Shown piece by piece: positions 34,183 to 47,663 of a stretch of DNA of 64,000 nucleotides. Origin of the DNA: Macrostomum lignano (Eukaryota); assembly GCA_002269645.1 (NCBI GenBank), contig NIVC01000017.1, forward strand, positions 124,001 to 188,000, given 5' to 3'. The notes below the pieces were generated by a model that searched no databases, was not told the origin of the DNA, and was given only the letters and a program-made list of their open reading frames with translations. Positions within the stretch are counted from its first letter, which is position 1. Every line of letters begins with the position of its first letter. A program made the translations under genes and the position numbers.

Positions 34183-36769
34183 TGCAAGATATGGCAAAAG
34201 CACTCTGGAAGCAGTCAGCAGCAGCAATGGTCAGTGCAAATCTTAGCCAAGCAGATTTGGCACAACATGCATTCAAGTAACCAGATTCAGTACCAATTTC
34301 AATAGAGATAAAATATGCTCTATCAATAGACAATTCAAAATAAAGCAAAATCTCTATTGTGCTACTGCTGCCTAAGTAGCACCATGAGGGAAAAGAATTT
34401 TTTTGTGAAATTTCATATTGATATCATTATTTGTTTATTATCTTATTTACAATTTATAGCTAACTTTACGAGCTTGTACATATTCAATAGTTATATTATT
34501 ACTATTATTATCTATGGTTTTTAATTTCATAATGCACTGTAATGACTATTTTAGATTGAATTACAATATATATAATCATTTCTTTGATTTCTAACATTAA
34601 ATATAGAAAGTTATATTGGCAATAATGGTGGCTATAGTGGGAGTGGCTGCTGCTTTGGTGGCTATGATGTTTTAACTTTTATATTTAAGCTTAGAAATCA
34701 AACAGAACATTTATCTAGATTGTAAATTCAATATAAAATAGTCATTACATTGTATTACATTACCTAAAGGCATATAAAAAAAAGGAGAAATAAAATTCTA
34801 GGCTTTTCTGGCACTATAATGTGACAAAAAATGATGAAGGTGCCAATTGGGACAATGGTAGTGGTAGCACAATTGTTTAAAAAATTTTTTTAATTAATTA
34901 ATAATAATTAATAATTAATAATAATTAATAATTAATAATTTAGTTTAAAATAATTTAGGATCTGAAATATAATTGGTTTGTTACTATAATTGCAAATATG
35001 ATTATTTTATTGAGTGGTCCAATCTGGTGATAGTGATAGTGCTTGGATGACTCTAGGCTAAATTACAATGAAATCTCTGTTACTATTATATATATGTATC
35101 TTTGAAAGTAAACCTTATTTTTTATCAAAAAATGTAATAAACAATCTCAATTTTAATAATAAAAGCTAAAGCCTAACTTATCAATTGATAATATTTTAGT
35201 TTAAAAAAACTAATAACTTATTAAATAAGACTTATATTATGATTAAATCTGGTTTGTAGAAACTACAATGTTGATATATTTTAATTTAAAAAACTATCAA
35301 TATACTGGCAAACAAAAAAACTAATTATTTATCAGCAAAAATATTTTTTATACCAAATTTTACCTTGTCAAATTGCATCATTTTTTGCACTATATTGTGT
35401 AAGATCTTCCTTACTTGCTATTGCATTATAATACAATAGAACAACATATATATATTCAACTATTTTTTATCAGAATTTTCTCTAAAAGGTTATCTTCCTA
35501 ATTATGGTTACTTTAAGTAAAGCTTTATACCTTTGGCTTTAGTCTTATGCATTTTAAAGTAAAGTCAAAAAAAGATAGAAAAATAATAAATATATTGTAA
35601 ATAGACTTTTAAATATAAAATATTAAATTAAAAAATATATAAGAATATAAGTTATAAGAGAAGACTAGGCCTACATTAAATAAAACATAGGCCTAGGCCT
35701 AAAATTAATGATTTTTTCATGATAGTTTAAATTTAATGATGAATTAAATATTTTGATTTTTAACTGTTTTATTAAGCACACAGCATATCAGTCTCCCTTT
35801 TAGGCCTAGGCTATGTCTAGGCATACAAGTGCTTTTTGTCAAATAGTTTTCTTTAATAATTTTACTAATCAAAAGATTGGGGGCAAGGGATATGGGACTT
35901 AAGTCGACTATTAGGCCTATGGCTACGGTCCCTGGACATTTCGGTGACAGGACGTTTCGGTGACAGCCTTTTCGGTGACAATTTAGGACGATTCGGTGAA
36001 AAATTTAGACGATTCGGTGACACGTTTTAAAAATGGAAGTTAATTTTGTCTGTAAGATAATAAACTCATGAACAAGACTTAATACTCAAAACTCGTCAGA
36101 TTTTATTGCTTTGCGTTGATTTTGTAACTGACTTTGTTATATCTTTACACTTAAATAAAGGGTCATCTGCATTTCTAGATAAAGGTCAGTCGGCTGAGGC
36201 GACACGTCAAAGAGGCTTTTCATATTACCAATTCCAGAATCTGAATCGGTTCGGATCTTCCACGAAAAACAGCAGTATAACTATTTAATTCTGTTAATAT
36301 TTGACTGCCTTAACAACCTCACTTAGCACAATTTTTTACTTTCTTCTTGGCGATTGTCATTCAATAATAAAAACTTTATAGCACGTATCTCCTTCTAGTT
36401 ATGGAGACAAAAAGTTATACTTTACAAATTGGTTTTGGTTCTGGAACCAGAACAAGCAATATGAAAAGGCCCAAAGTCGCTTATTTTACACACTATAGCA
36501 GCATCATTTTTGCGACACTATCTGGATATATACCTGTCTTCAAGGCAATTCGTGTTAAAAATGTACATGTAGCCATGAGTCGCCTGGTCGATCTACTGTA
36601 TTGATGCAAACAAAAGTTGTGGTTGTAGTTTGTTACTCTACTATCAGGGCTATGGAGAGGGGGCTGGGACATTCCATGCTTTATCCCCCTGCACCGCGAC
36701 CCCACTTTAATTTTTTGACCTGTTATGATGGAAATCAATAATTTCTGCATGTTTTACGGCGACAAAAAA

Positions 36770-36935
36770 TAGCGCCTGCGGCACCAATTGAAATTGTGCC
36801 TGCGGCGCTGAAATAAGTGCAGCTACAGCGCTAAAATAAGTGCAGCTGCGGCGCTAAAATAAGTGCAGCTGCGGCGCTAAAATAAGTGCAGCTACAGCGC
36901 TAAAATAAGTGCAGCTGCGGCGCTAAAATAATCGC
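36770..36935 (-). repeat. 21-bp array related to the internal array of the hAT MITE at 14360-14727
   Basis: GCGCTAAAATAAGTGCAGCTGCG plus adjacent GATTCTGAAAATAATGT are the reverse complement of motifs at 14445-14620. Confidence 0.7.
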
Positions 36936-37599
36936 TAGCAACATCGATTCTGAAAATAATGTTGAAAATAATAATTGCTGACCATATTGACCACGAAAGT
37001 CAAAGGAAAGACGGGGGAAAGGACGACGTGAGGCCACATTAAGTTTTTAAATTGCATAGTTTGCTTTTCAGAACTTGCTTTAAACGTTTGTTGCTATGCT
37101 ACGTAAATAGGCAATTCCAGTATTTAATCTTTCGTCATTGTTAGATGGTTGATTAGCACCTTTGATGGTTCAGTGTTGCAAAACAGTAAAGCTCGTTAAG
37201 TGAACCAATTGGGCTTAGTGGATCGAATTTTGATATCTACATGTACGAGTATTTAATTACTAACAATGCTAATTCTGGAATGCAAAGCACCAATGATTTG
37301 GTTACGCGATAATTGCTACCATGCTAAAGCAAAATCATTGCTAGCAGAGAAGCATTGCTCGTACGGTGATATAATGTTTGTTTTTGACACGACACGACAT
37401 TAGGGTTAGCAAAGCAGAACAACGGATTGCGTATGAAATATGAATGCGGATGAATTTATAAAGACTCGTGGTATCTGAGGCGCTAATACGACTATATAAC
37501 TTCTAGCAAACTCGAGCGATATAGTTCTTCGAATTCTAGACGCATGCATATTCACAGCTCTGCTGGTTCTTACCTTTAATCAGTCAAAATAGTTATTTC

Positions 37600-40500
37600 A
37601 TGGACGATTACTGCCCAAAATGCAGCCATGCTGTTAGCGGCCGCCAACATGCACTTAACTGTGATAGATGCAAGTTTTGGTATCATCGACTCTGTTTAAC
37701 AGGTAAGATTCTAAACTTCGCTATTTTGCCCAACTTTTTCGTGTTTAACAGAAAAAAGGTATTCCATCATAAATTCTACATGTAACTTCGCCGAATTTCA
37801 CTTTCCCATAATTTCATTTGCTCGTAATATCACTCCCAATGCCAATTGCATCTCAAAGCAATTGCATACACGGATGCGTGTAGCCAGTAAGTACATGTAC
37901 GCTCGTAGCTACAGTCCATGCCACGCCTTTTTGTTATCATTTTAGGGCGCGCCAGCATCTCTATGGCTAAATATCGTGAGTTACAACGCCACAGCTCCTT
38001 TAACTGGTGCTGCCCAAACTGCAGTTTAGCGGGCAATGAAGCTGCAGCGGATGAGGAAAGTGAGCAGGTTGCTACAGCCAGCGAATCTGAGGATGAAGCT
38101 GCAGCGGATGAGGAAAGTGAGCAGGTTGCTACAGCCAGCGAATCTGAGGATGAAGCTGCAGCGGATGAGGAAAGTGAGCAGGTTGCTACAGCCAGCGAAT
38201 CTGAGGATGAAGCTGCAGCGGATGAGGAAAGTGAGCAGGTTGCTACAGCCAGCGAATCTGAGGATGAAGCTGCAGCGGATGAGGAAAGTGAGCAGGTTGC
38301 TACAGCCAGCGAATCTGAGGATGAAGCTGCAGCGGATGAGGAAAGTGAGCAGGTTGCTACAGCCAGCGAATCTGAGGATGAAGCTGCAGCGGATGAGGAA
38401 AGTGAGCAGGTTGCTACAGCCAGCGAATCTGAGGATGAAGCTGCAGCGGATGAGGAAAGTGAGCAGGTTGCTACAGCCAGCGAATCTGAGGATGAAGCTG
38501 CAGCGGATGAGGAAAGTGAGCAGGTTGCTACAGCCAGCGAATCTGAGGATGAAGCTGCAGCGGATGAGGAGGTTGTAGCTGATGATGGCGGGATGATTCA
38601 CGATCTCTATGAATCAGTTAGTGACCCAGAACCCAGGCCAATAGTTGAGCGAGGTCAAGAGTTAGAGACTTTTGAAGTCATGCAAGACGGAGGCAGCCGA
38701 GGGAACGTTCTTGTAATATCGTCGAATGGGTACTCCTATGGCCTTCATCGTCGGCGTGGTGCTCGTGAATATTATCGTTGCACTCAGCGCAGTCGTCATA
38801 CCCCTTGTTGTGCTACTCTAATTCGCAGTGCCGGTGAAGAGTTCAAGCATGGGAAAAGCGGGCACAGCCATGCACCAACCCTTGGTGCTTCTGCTACTCG
38901 AAAGATTTATCGAGACGTAAAAGTTGCTGCCTCAACGGATGTCTTTAAGTCTGCGGCACAGCTTACAGATGATAGACTACTGCGCGAACTCACTTCCTCC
39001 ACGGCAGCGAACTTGCCGAATCCAACAAATCTAATTAGAGCTGCAAACCGGTTTCGCGAAAGAGGACGGCCAGAGGAGCCTAAGGATTTAAACTTCCAAC
39101 TGCAGTTGGAAGCCTTGCCCAATGGATTTCTCAGAAGTGATGTCCACGTTGGAGGAAGACGACACTTAGTATTTGCTACTAATCATCAATTGACACTACT
39201 GAGTAGTGCCCACGAGTTGTTCATGGACGGTACGTTTTCAATTGTCCGACGGCCATTTGTGCAACTTTACTCGATTCATGGCTTTCTCCGTGCTGAAGGA
39301 CATCTGAAACAGGTGAGCATGCAATAGGTCAATATTACGATCGTACTAAGCTCTAATATACGGAATTCGAATCCCTGGAACTATATTTTTGTATGAATCC
39401 TAATGAATCACACAACATCACGTCTTCTCTTCCCTCTTCTCTCTTGTCTCTGTTCTCTTTTCGCCTCTTTCATCTCTCCCCTCTCTTCCCTCTCCCTCTC
39501 TCCCTCTCTTCCCTCTCTCCCTCTCTCCCCTCTCCCTCTCTCCCTCTCTCTCCACTCTCTCCCCTTTCTCCCCCCTCTTTCCTCTCTTCTCTCTCTCTAC
39601 CTTTCTCCCCTCTCTTCCCTCTCCCTCTCTCCCTCTCTTCCCTCTCTCCCTCTCTCCCCTCTCCCTCTCTCCCTCTCTTCCCTCTCTCCCTCTCTCCCCT
39701 CTTTCCTCTCTCTTCTCTCCCTTCTCTCCCCTTTCTTCTTCTCTCCCTCTCTCCCTTTTCTTCTTCTCTCCCCTCTCTCCCTTTTCTCCCCTCTCTCTCC
39801 TCCCCTCTCACCTTTCTCCCCTCTCTCTCCTCCCCTCTCACCTTTCTCCCCTCTCTCCCCTCTTTCCTCTCTCTTCTCTCCCTCTCTCCCTTCTCTCCTC
39901 TCTTCTTCTCTTCCCTCTCTCCCCTCTCTCCCTCTCTCCCCTCTCTCCCTCTCTCCCCTCTTTCCTCTCTCTCTTCTCTCCCCTCTCTCCCGCCCTCTCC
40001 TCTTGCTTCTCTCTTCTCTCTATAAGGGAAAGAGAGACAGGCGGATGTTGTACATGATTGCATGCTATATACATGTGTATGTACTGTATCCATGTATTGC
40101 AATTACCGCCGTTTTAAACTAATGGCAAGTCCCATTAGCGTTTGTCCTAATGTCTGGAAGAAAAAAGCGCGACTACAAGGCAATCCTGCGTGAAATTCGA
40201 AGACTAGTTCCTAACATGGATCCGAAGAGTTTTGTCCTGGATTTCGAGCACTCTGTGTGGAAGGCGATCCGGAGGGTCTTCCCAAATGCTAGTGTTCGTG
40301 GCTGCAATTTTTACTGGACTCAAGCAGTTTGGCGCAAAGTCCAGAACATAGGACTTCAACAGTCCTATCAAGAAGATGAAGGCACGCAAAAGTTCTTCCG
40401 GAAAATTATGGCCCTGCCTTATTTGCCCGCGGACACTATTGTGGCAGCCTTTGACGAGCTTCGGACAGAAAATGCCGTTGAAGCTGACGAACGTCTAGTT

Positions 40501-40869
40501 GAGCTCTGCAATTACGTTAGCGGCACCTGGCTAACGGAGGGCCATCAATGGACTCCAGGAGACATTTCTGTATTTGGCCAGCCAATACGAACCAACAACG
40601 ACTTAGAAGGCTGGCACTACCGCCTTAATCGCAAAGCGGGACGACGGAACCTGCACTTCTACCTGCTGGTACAACTTATTTATGATGAGGCTGCCTTAGT
40701 ACTTCTTCAATCTAATCTGCTGTCTAGAGGTATGCTTTCTCGTGAACAGCGGAAGACGTATAGAACTGTTCAGTCCCGTCTGTTCCGATATTGGGCAGAG
40801 TTCGATTCTGGCAACCGAACGGTACGACAGCTTCTTCGAGCCTGTGGTCGGCTGTGTAATCCGAAGTGA
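37600..40869 (+). CDS. PHD-finger + acidic repeat + FLYWCH + MULE DDE transposase, probably defective
   Basis: Exons 37600-37702, 37946-39312 and about 40129-40869. C4HC3 PHD is split by intron 1. FLYWCH-like YYRCTQR...C...H..H. DDE motifs FMDGTF, VLDFE, TNNDLEGWH. The CxxH motif reads GCNFY. The exon 3 acceptor is 1 nt out of frame. Confidence 0.8.
38038..38570 (+). repeat. 57-bp in-frame coding repeat (EAAADEESEQVATASESED) x9 inside the transposase exon
   Basis: Identical units with 57-bp period. Confidence 0.95.
39430..40020. repeat. CT-rich low-complexity tract in transposase intron 2
   Basis: Almost exclusively C/T. Confidence 0.9.
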
Positions 40870-42702
40870 TCGAACCCTCTCAGGACAACGGCCTGCAGCA
40901 TGTGCTGGATGACGGCCACAGGCACAGAGAGGAATCTGTTGGACGGCCGCCTGTGCTAATGCAATAGCTATCTCTCTGTTATAGCGCGAACTTAGAAAAG
41001 TTGTTTACTACATGTATAACGATCTTTCAATTCACTCAATCATGTATTGTTAATCATTTCGAATAGGATTTTTCTTCCATGCTATAGTTTTATCGCCAAT
41101 TGACAATTATTTTACTTTCAGCTTTTCGTTGTAAATTTTCTAAGACCATTAATTCATGGCAATTTTTCTGTTGTAAATATAAAACCCATTATTAAAATCC
41201 ACTAATCACAAATCGCTATGCCATGCATATTTTTCATGTTTTAATATTCGATATTTTGGAAATTGAGTCGCAATACTAATAAATGCTCTAAATATTAAAT
41301 AAACTATGTTATTTTCTTCCTTAAGCTTGAATATAAGTGTACTATACATGTATGACAGTACAAATGTCTGATCTTACGCAACAATCAACCATGCAACCAT
41401 GCAATATGCACTGTAGCTACTTATATTCATATGAATGTGAACAATAATTAACTAACAATAACTGTTAAAATATACTCGTAAAAATGTTATGCTTTTTGAC
41501 ATAAATTTGCTCGACTTTGCAAAAATCAATAGGCCAGGGTAGGCCTATTGCCAAAATTCTTACTTTCATAAAATAAATTTAAGTGTTATAAATTTAAGTG
41601 TAGTGATATAACAAAGCCAGTTACGAAATCAACGCAAAGCAATAAAATCTGACGAGTTTTGAGTATTAAGTCTTGTTCATGAGTTTATTATCTTACAGAC
41701 AAAATTAACTTCCATTTTTAAAACGTGTCACCGAATCGTCTAAATTTTTCACCGAATCGTCCTAAATTGTAACCGAAAAGGCTGTCACCGAAACGTCCTG
41801 TCACCGAAATGTCCAGGGACCGTAAGACAAGAGGTAGAGGGAAGGCAAGGCATGAGAAGGTAAGGTAACCACCACAGAGACCTTGCGTTAAATTTTGACT
41901 TGACGAATTTCGGCGAAGGCAACCGGAAATTATGTTTGCATATTATAACAAATAGATTTTCCCCACAGCTCTAGAATAGTCCAGGTTTTTGCTAAAAAGC
42001 AATTTGTCGATGCATTCCATCAGTCAGCCAGGGTCAGAATGTACACACGTAGCCACTGGGCATTTTCTTACCCTTCCACACAGCCAGTATTGAGGCCTAC
42101 ACAGTGGAGAGCGAAAAGTTGTGGCCAATCTCAATTGGAATTGCAATTCACTAATTAAGTCGGTCGAGATTTTGACCTTTTCTATAGCCTCCTATTAAAA
42201 ACATTGGAGAAACAATCGTTTTTTCGAATAGTTAATACCTCTAGCATTCAAACAGGTACAATAAATTTTCTTTCAAGAGTTTCAAGAAGAGTCTTCTTTC
42301 CAGACAATTACCAATCTCAATTAGCGAAAACTATCAGATAAATTGGTCAATCTAGGGCTATCTAGAAGAAGACTAGGGCTTTTCTACCTGTACCGCTGCT
42401 TTTGATACCGCCTCTGGTGCTTTGATCTGGTGCTGACCTTCTTGGAGAAGGTAATCAATTATCTTTGATAAAGTGCGAGAAGATTTTTATGTATAAAAAT
42501 TCGATTTGCTGACTTTGCGAATAGCTCTACTGTAAATAGTGACACGAATTGTGTTTCCTTTTTCTACCCCGTAGACAAAGTTTTCTGCGCCAATTTCCAC
42601 GACTGCACTTTCCGGTGCACGTCCTGGTCACGGCCGCGTTTGGCGGAGCGCTGTCCGAGGCCATAGCACTGTTCCCACAGACGTCGCGGCGTTAAGACAG
42701 AA

Positions 42703-42751
<49 letters not shown>

Positions 42752-43179
42752 GTTTAATTTAATTACTAATCATTCGAAAAAATACAACTAATTTTTCTCA
42801 CCTACGAACATTTGAAATTTATGCATTGCTTGTTGGTTATAGTCAGTATTGTGCTTTAAATAAATAAGTATAACTGATTAATAATACGGTAAATTAATTT
42901 TAAATGACTTGTATAGAAAATCTTGATTCAACCTATCAACTTCTAGTGGTTTATTCTGTTTCGGCTTTTGCATTAATCATAAATCGGTCAGCACGTCGAC
43001 TGAAAGCGTCTGCACCAGCTCTGACTTTGATGGCCACTGGCCTTTGCCTATAGACGCCATATACGAGTACTATGGATGCACACATTCAGGGTGTACAGCG
43101 GCCCCGATTTTCTCATAGTCAGACAGTCAGGCCGCAACTGACAGACAATTAAGCTCTAACTTTGGGGCTTGTCGCAAGC

Positions 43180-43940
43180 TCAAAACTGGTCGTAATGAGA
43201 ACGGTATGGCTGCTAGAATCATAGAGACACGAGATAGCTTAGCAAAACTGGTCGTAGTGAGAACGGTATGACTGCTAGAATCATACAGACACGAGATAGC
43301 TTAGCAAAACTGGTCGTAGTGAGAACGGTATGGCTGCTAGAATCATACAGACACGAGATAGCTTAGCAAAACTGGTCGTAGTGAGAACGGTATGACTGCT
43401 AGAATCATACAGACGCGAGATAGCTTAGCAAAACTGGTCGTAGTGAGAACGGTATGACTGCTAGAATCATACAGACACGAGATAGCTTAGCAAAACTGGT
43501 CGTAGTGAGAACGGTATGACTGCTAGAATCATACAGACACGAGATAGCTTAGCAAAACTGGTCGTAGTGAGAACGGTATGACTGCTAGAATCATACAGAC
43601 ACGAGATAGCTTAGCAAAACTGGTCGTAGTGAGAACGGTATGACTGCTAGAATCATACAGACACGAGATAGCTTAGCAAAACTGGTCGTAGTGAGAACGG
43701 TATGACTGCTAGAATCATACAGACACGAGATAGCTTAGCAAAACTGGTCGTAGTGAGAACGGTATGACTGCTAGAATCATACAGACACGAGATAGCTTAG
43801 CAAAACTGGTCGTAGTGAGAACGGTATGACTGCTAGAATCATACAGACACGAGATAGCTTAGCAAAACTGGTCGTAGTGAGAACGGTATGACTGCTAGAA
43901 TCATAGAGACACGAGATAGCTAAGCAAAACTGGTCGTAGA
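43180..43940. repeat. 62-bp minisatellite, about 12 copies
   Basis: Unit AAACTGGTCGTAGTGAGAACGGTATGACTGCTAGAATCATACAGACACGAGATAGCTTAGCA. Confidence 0.95.
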
Positions 43941-44737
43941 CAAGAAGTGAATCTCTCTCTCTTTCTCTCTCCATATTTCTGCGGATTAATCAATTGGAAG
44001 TAATTTTAAACTAACAGGAGACTTTCAATCGGATATGAAAAAAGTTCAGTTTGTATTATCAGGGTTGGCAAACTCCGCCTCAATTAGGGCTAGCTAGAGA
44101 ACCTAAAGCATGACTGCGGGCCAGAGGAGGGGAGAAAGGAAATGGAATAGAGAGAAGAGAGATAGGAGAAAGGAGAGGCGAGGCAAAAAGGGGGGAAGAG
44201 AGGAAACGAGATAGGAGAGGAGAGGAGAGGAAAAAGGAGAAAAAAGAGGCGATTAGAGAGAGGACATCGAGCTGAGAAGAGACACAAACCTTGATCGCGG
44301 GCCTGATTGCCTGATAATTGCAATAATTGCCTGATTGCATTGCAGAATTAAGGCATAATTAGATGTCTACATGCTATAGTGGATATTTGAAGTGTTGGGG
44401 TTGGTGCATGAGGAAAGCTTTGGTTTTGGTCGATATTCCTAGCTAACTGAACATTACAACTGGGTAGAAAGGCGAAGCAACTTCAGTGGTGCACATATTC
44501 CAAAACACCGTCATCTGGGGTTCCAGCTATCTTCTCAACCGATAAATGTCTTTTCTATTAGATAGCTTTCCACCGCGAATCAAAAAGGAACTGACAAGAG
44601 CTGTGTTTAAATAAACCTGCACTTGGGCGAAAGGAAAATATAAATAGACTTTCACAATCGTTCGGTGAGTGAAAGTCTTATTTTGAGAGTTGCTCAATTC
44701 TCTCTGTCATAGAAATCAATCATTCGTCCTCGCGTCT

Positions 44738-45321
44738 TCATTCGGTGTCGTCAAGCTTCACACCGTACGAGTTAGAAAATCGGTAGTGGAGCTGCAGATA
44801 AAGGAGTGTCATACACAGAGTCTGTTGCTATTCATAATATGTTAAATTGCATTCTTTAGCACTCGCTTGGAGTTGGTGTAATGAATTTAACACGTGACAA
44901 TTTAGCCTAGCAATGTCTTCGAAGGGAACACGGAAAGGTTTATAACTTACTGCCCATATACGACTTTGCGTAGAAGCGAACACCTGAACTTCGCATAGGG
45001 TCAGGGAAGTTTTCTTGCGACTGCAGATCTTCACGACCCTGCCTACTCGTTGCAACTGAACGTCTTCACCTTGAAGATGCTGCTTGAGTTGTACGAGGCG
45101 CACGCGTCACCGTCCACCGTGACCACAAAGTTTGTAAGTCTGTTAGAACAGCAGTCGAGTCGTCTGTTGAAGATCTTGACCTCTCTGATTTGTGCCAGCT
45201 TCGGAGTCTCGGCCATCCACCAGCCCTTCTTCCAGTTCGTGTGAGTGCACTATTCCAGTAGTCATGCTGGTTGGTGTTTCCATCGATGGCTCTGCCGCAG
45301 ACGCCATCCCAGGAAACAGAG
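44738..45321 (-). pseudogene. F-type lectin (fucolectin) domain gene with two 1-nt frameshifts; pseudogene or assembly error
   Basis: QSSVSWDGVCGRAIDGNT / CTHT...WWM...IFNRRLDCCSNRL / GRVVKI...SLTLCEVQVFA across three frames. The H-x26-R-x-D-x4-R fucose motif is intact. Exons 45321-44951 and 44791-44738; upstream exon not found. Confidence 0.8.
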
Positions 45322-47022
45322 CTTTGAGAGCATATAGGTTAGTAGTCAATAAATACAATTGTCAAAATAACTTACATAATTAGAGCACTTGATTGTTAAA
45401 GAACAACAATCAATAAAAATCTGCTCCGAAAAACTCACGACTTCCGACGTCAGGGATAGAAGTCGGAGGCTTCCCACGCCTAGCCCTTAGCCTAAAACTG
45501 GGACCTTTACGCCTAGCCTAAACCTAGTCCTAGTGCCCACAGTGCGGCTGTTCCGCCTATTGATCGGAGGGCGAGAAAATCAGCCATATATGCTTCGAGT
45601 AGTAGCAGTAATAGTAATAATAGTAATATAGTAGTATATTACTATTAAGTAGTCCTTGGATTGAACCCATGATGGGGTACAGGCGAACAGGGAATGTGCC
45701 GTCTTCAAAATCCACAGCAGCTGTCAGTAAAAACGGGCGTCAGCAAGTCAAAATGAAACTAATTAAAAATCTAATTAACAAATAGCGCATTAGACTTCTA
45801 GTATTTGATTTCAAATAATAGCAATTTTTTGCTTTACCCGTCTAAAACTATGTGCAGTATTCAAAATTGCAATCTATCTTCATTTATTCATTTTTCATTG
45901 TGACTTATTCAGCATTATGTTCGCACCGATGTAGCGTAGTTTCGTGCGTGCATATAACTATATTCATGTCATTAAATTAAAATTTGATAAGTTCTACATG
46001 ACACAGGCTTTGCTAATCCAACGCAGTTTAATAATAAGTAATGTAATCTTAGCTAGATTATGCAAGATACTATTTTTTAGGCGCATGACCAAGATGGCCG
46101 CCTGGGTTTTTTTGTGCGAATGGGTGCGAATAGCATCCTGGTCTTAAAAATCGCACCCTGAAATTTGACTCAGGGTGCGAAAAGCGCACCAGAATTTTTT
46201 GTAAGGATGTGATGCGGATTTTAAAATTTAGTGTTATGGACGTGCAGCGCATCCTGGTCTTGAAAATCGCACCCAAGTTATGGACGAAAAAAAACCCAGG
46301 TAGCCGCAGCTCTATATGTATAAATAGATAATAATAAACCTATGTAGGCCCTATATATATGTACTCGACTCATTTCTTGTTGGTATTAATTTGTATTAGA
46401 TATACTATATCATACTATAATAGATCTTTAAGTCTTGGGGGGATAGATGCTATAATATAATTATTTTAAATTAAGAACATTCCCTTTGGCTTTAGCTTTT
46501 ATTATAGCCTGACCTATATTTATCTACTACATAAAGCAAGTAACCTAGCACAAAATAAATACCTTGTTGCATATATCCTATTTTGTATAGCATTGGTTTC
46601 TTGATAAACTAATAGTGATAGATTTAAATTAATAGATGCAATAAATTGGCACAAACACAGAAAAAGAAATATTAAAAAAAGAAAATATAGGGCTAAATTT
46701 TATGATTGATTAAACATATTACTTAATATTACAATAGCTAAGCCTAAGCCTATTAAGTTGCTAATTAATGGTACAGAGAGAAAAATTAGATATAACAGAG
46801 ATTCAATGCTGTGGCCATCTTGGTCTTATACCATTTTTAAGATAGTAAGTAGTATGCCTATAATATATAATATTATAATAATGCAAGCAATAAGGCCTAA
46901 TTTGATTTCTATGGGTCAAAAAGGTAGGCCTAGTCCACAGTGGACAAGATCCAGATAACAAAAAGTTAATGTTTATTTGCAGTAATGGGCTTATACATAG
47001 TATACTAGACTAGGATAGCAAT

Positions 47023-47663
47023 TCCAGCAACAGACGATCCAGCGACAGTCAATCTGGCGACAGACAATCTGGCGACAGATATTAAATCAACATATATCAG
47101 CATATATGGATTAGTTGAGCTATTATTTTTAGCTCTTTATTATTACCTATTAATACTTAAATAATTAAATAACAATTACATAAACTATAATTGTAGCAGT
47201 TATATTTTTAGAGCTGTACGTAGCTGTTGATTTTCAATATGTTATTTTCAAAGACAATCAATCAATTTAATCTGCTTGGAAAGCAAGTTTCTATGACTAT
47301 GATCAATATTGTTGTACATATTGTATTTGCGACAATATTCGAGAGTCAAAGAACCAAAAAATTGCTATTTGCACAGCAACTTGTACATGTTATTTTTAAC
47401 ACATACACGTAACCTACATTTAAAGTAACAAATACTGCATGGATAATATTAATATATATATAATAATAATATAATAATAATAGTATTAATAAAAAATAAT
47501 AAAAAGCTACAAATAATAGCTTAACTAATCCATATATATCATGATATACGTTGATTTAATATCTGTCGCCAGATCTTTTGTCACCAGATCTTTTGTCGCC
47601 AGATTGACTGTTGCCAGATTGTCTGTCGCTGGATCGTCTTGTCGCCAGACTGTCTGGAAGCCG
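47023..47663. mobile_element. Mutator-like MITE with tandem subterminal repeats
   Basis: Inverted (AATCTGGCGACAG)n...ATATTAAATCAAC arms. The right end is CCG followed by TA, as in the large MULE; the left terminus is degraded. Confidence 0.7.

Larger units (their letters stand above)
35926..41822 (+). mobile_element. Mutator-superfamily (Phantom-like FLYWCH-MULE) DNA transposon, 5.9 kb
   Basis: About 200-bp near-perfect TIRs starting CGGTCCCTGGACATTTCGGTGAC with internal TTCGGTGAC repeats. Flanked by TA on both sides; no 9-bp TSD. Confidence 0.92.

Noticed and set aside
41990-43150. Scattered possible minus-strand exons
   Set aside because: I could not build a phase-consistent model or recognise a domain.
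43180-43940. CRISPR-like array (also 286-897 and 62396-63520)
   Set aside because: No unique spacers, no cas genes, eukaryotic spliced context.
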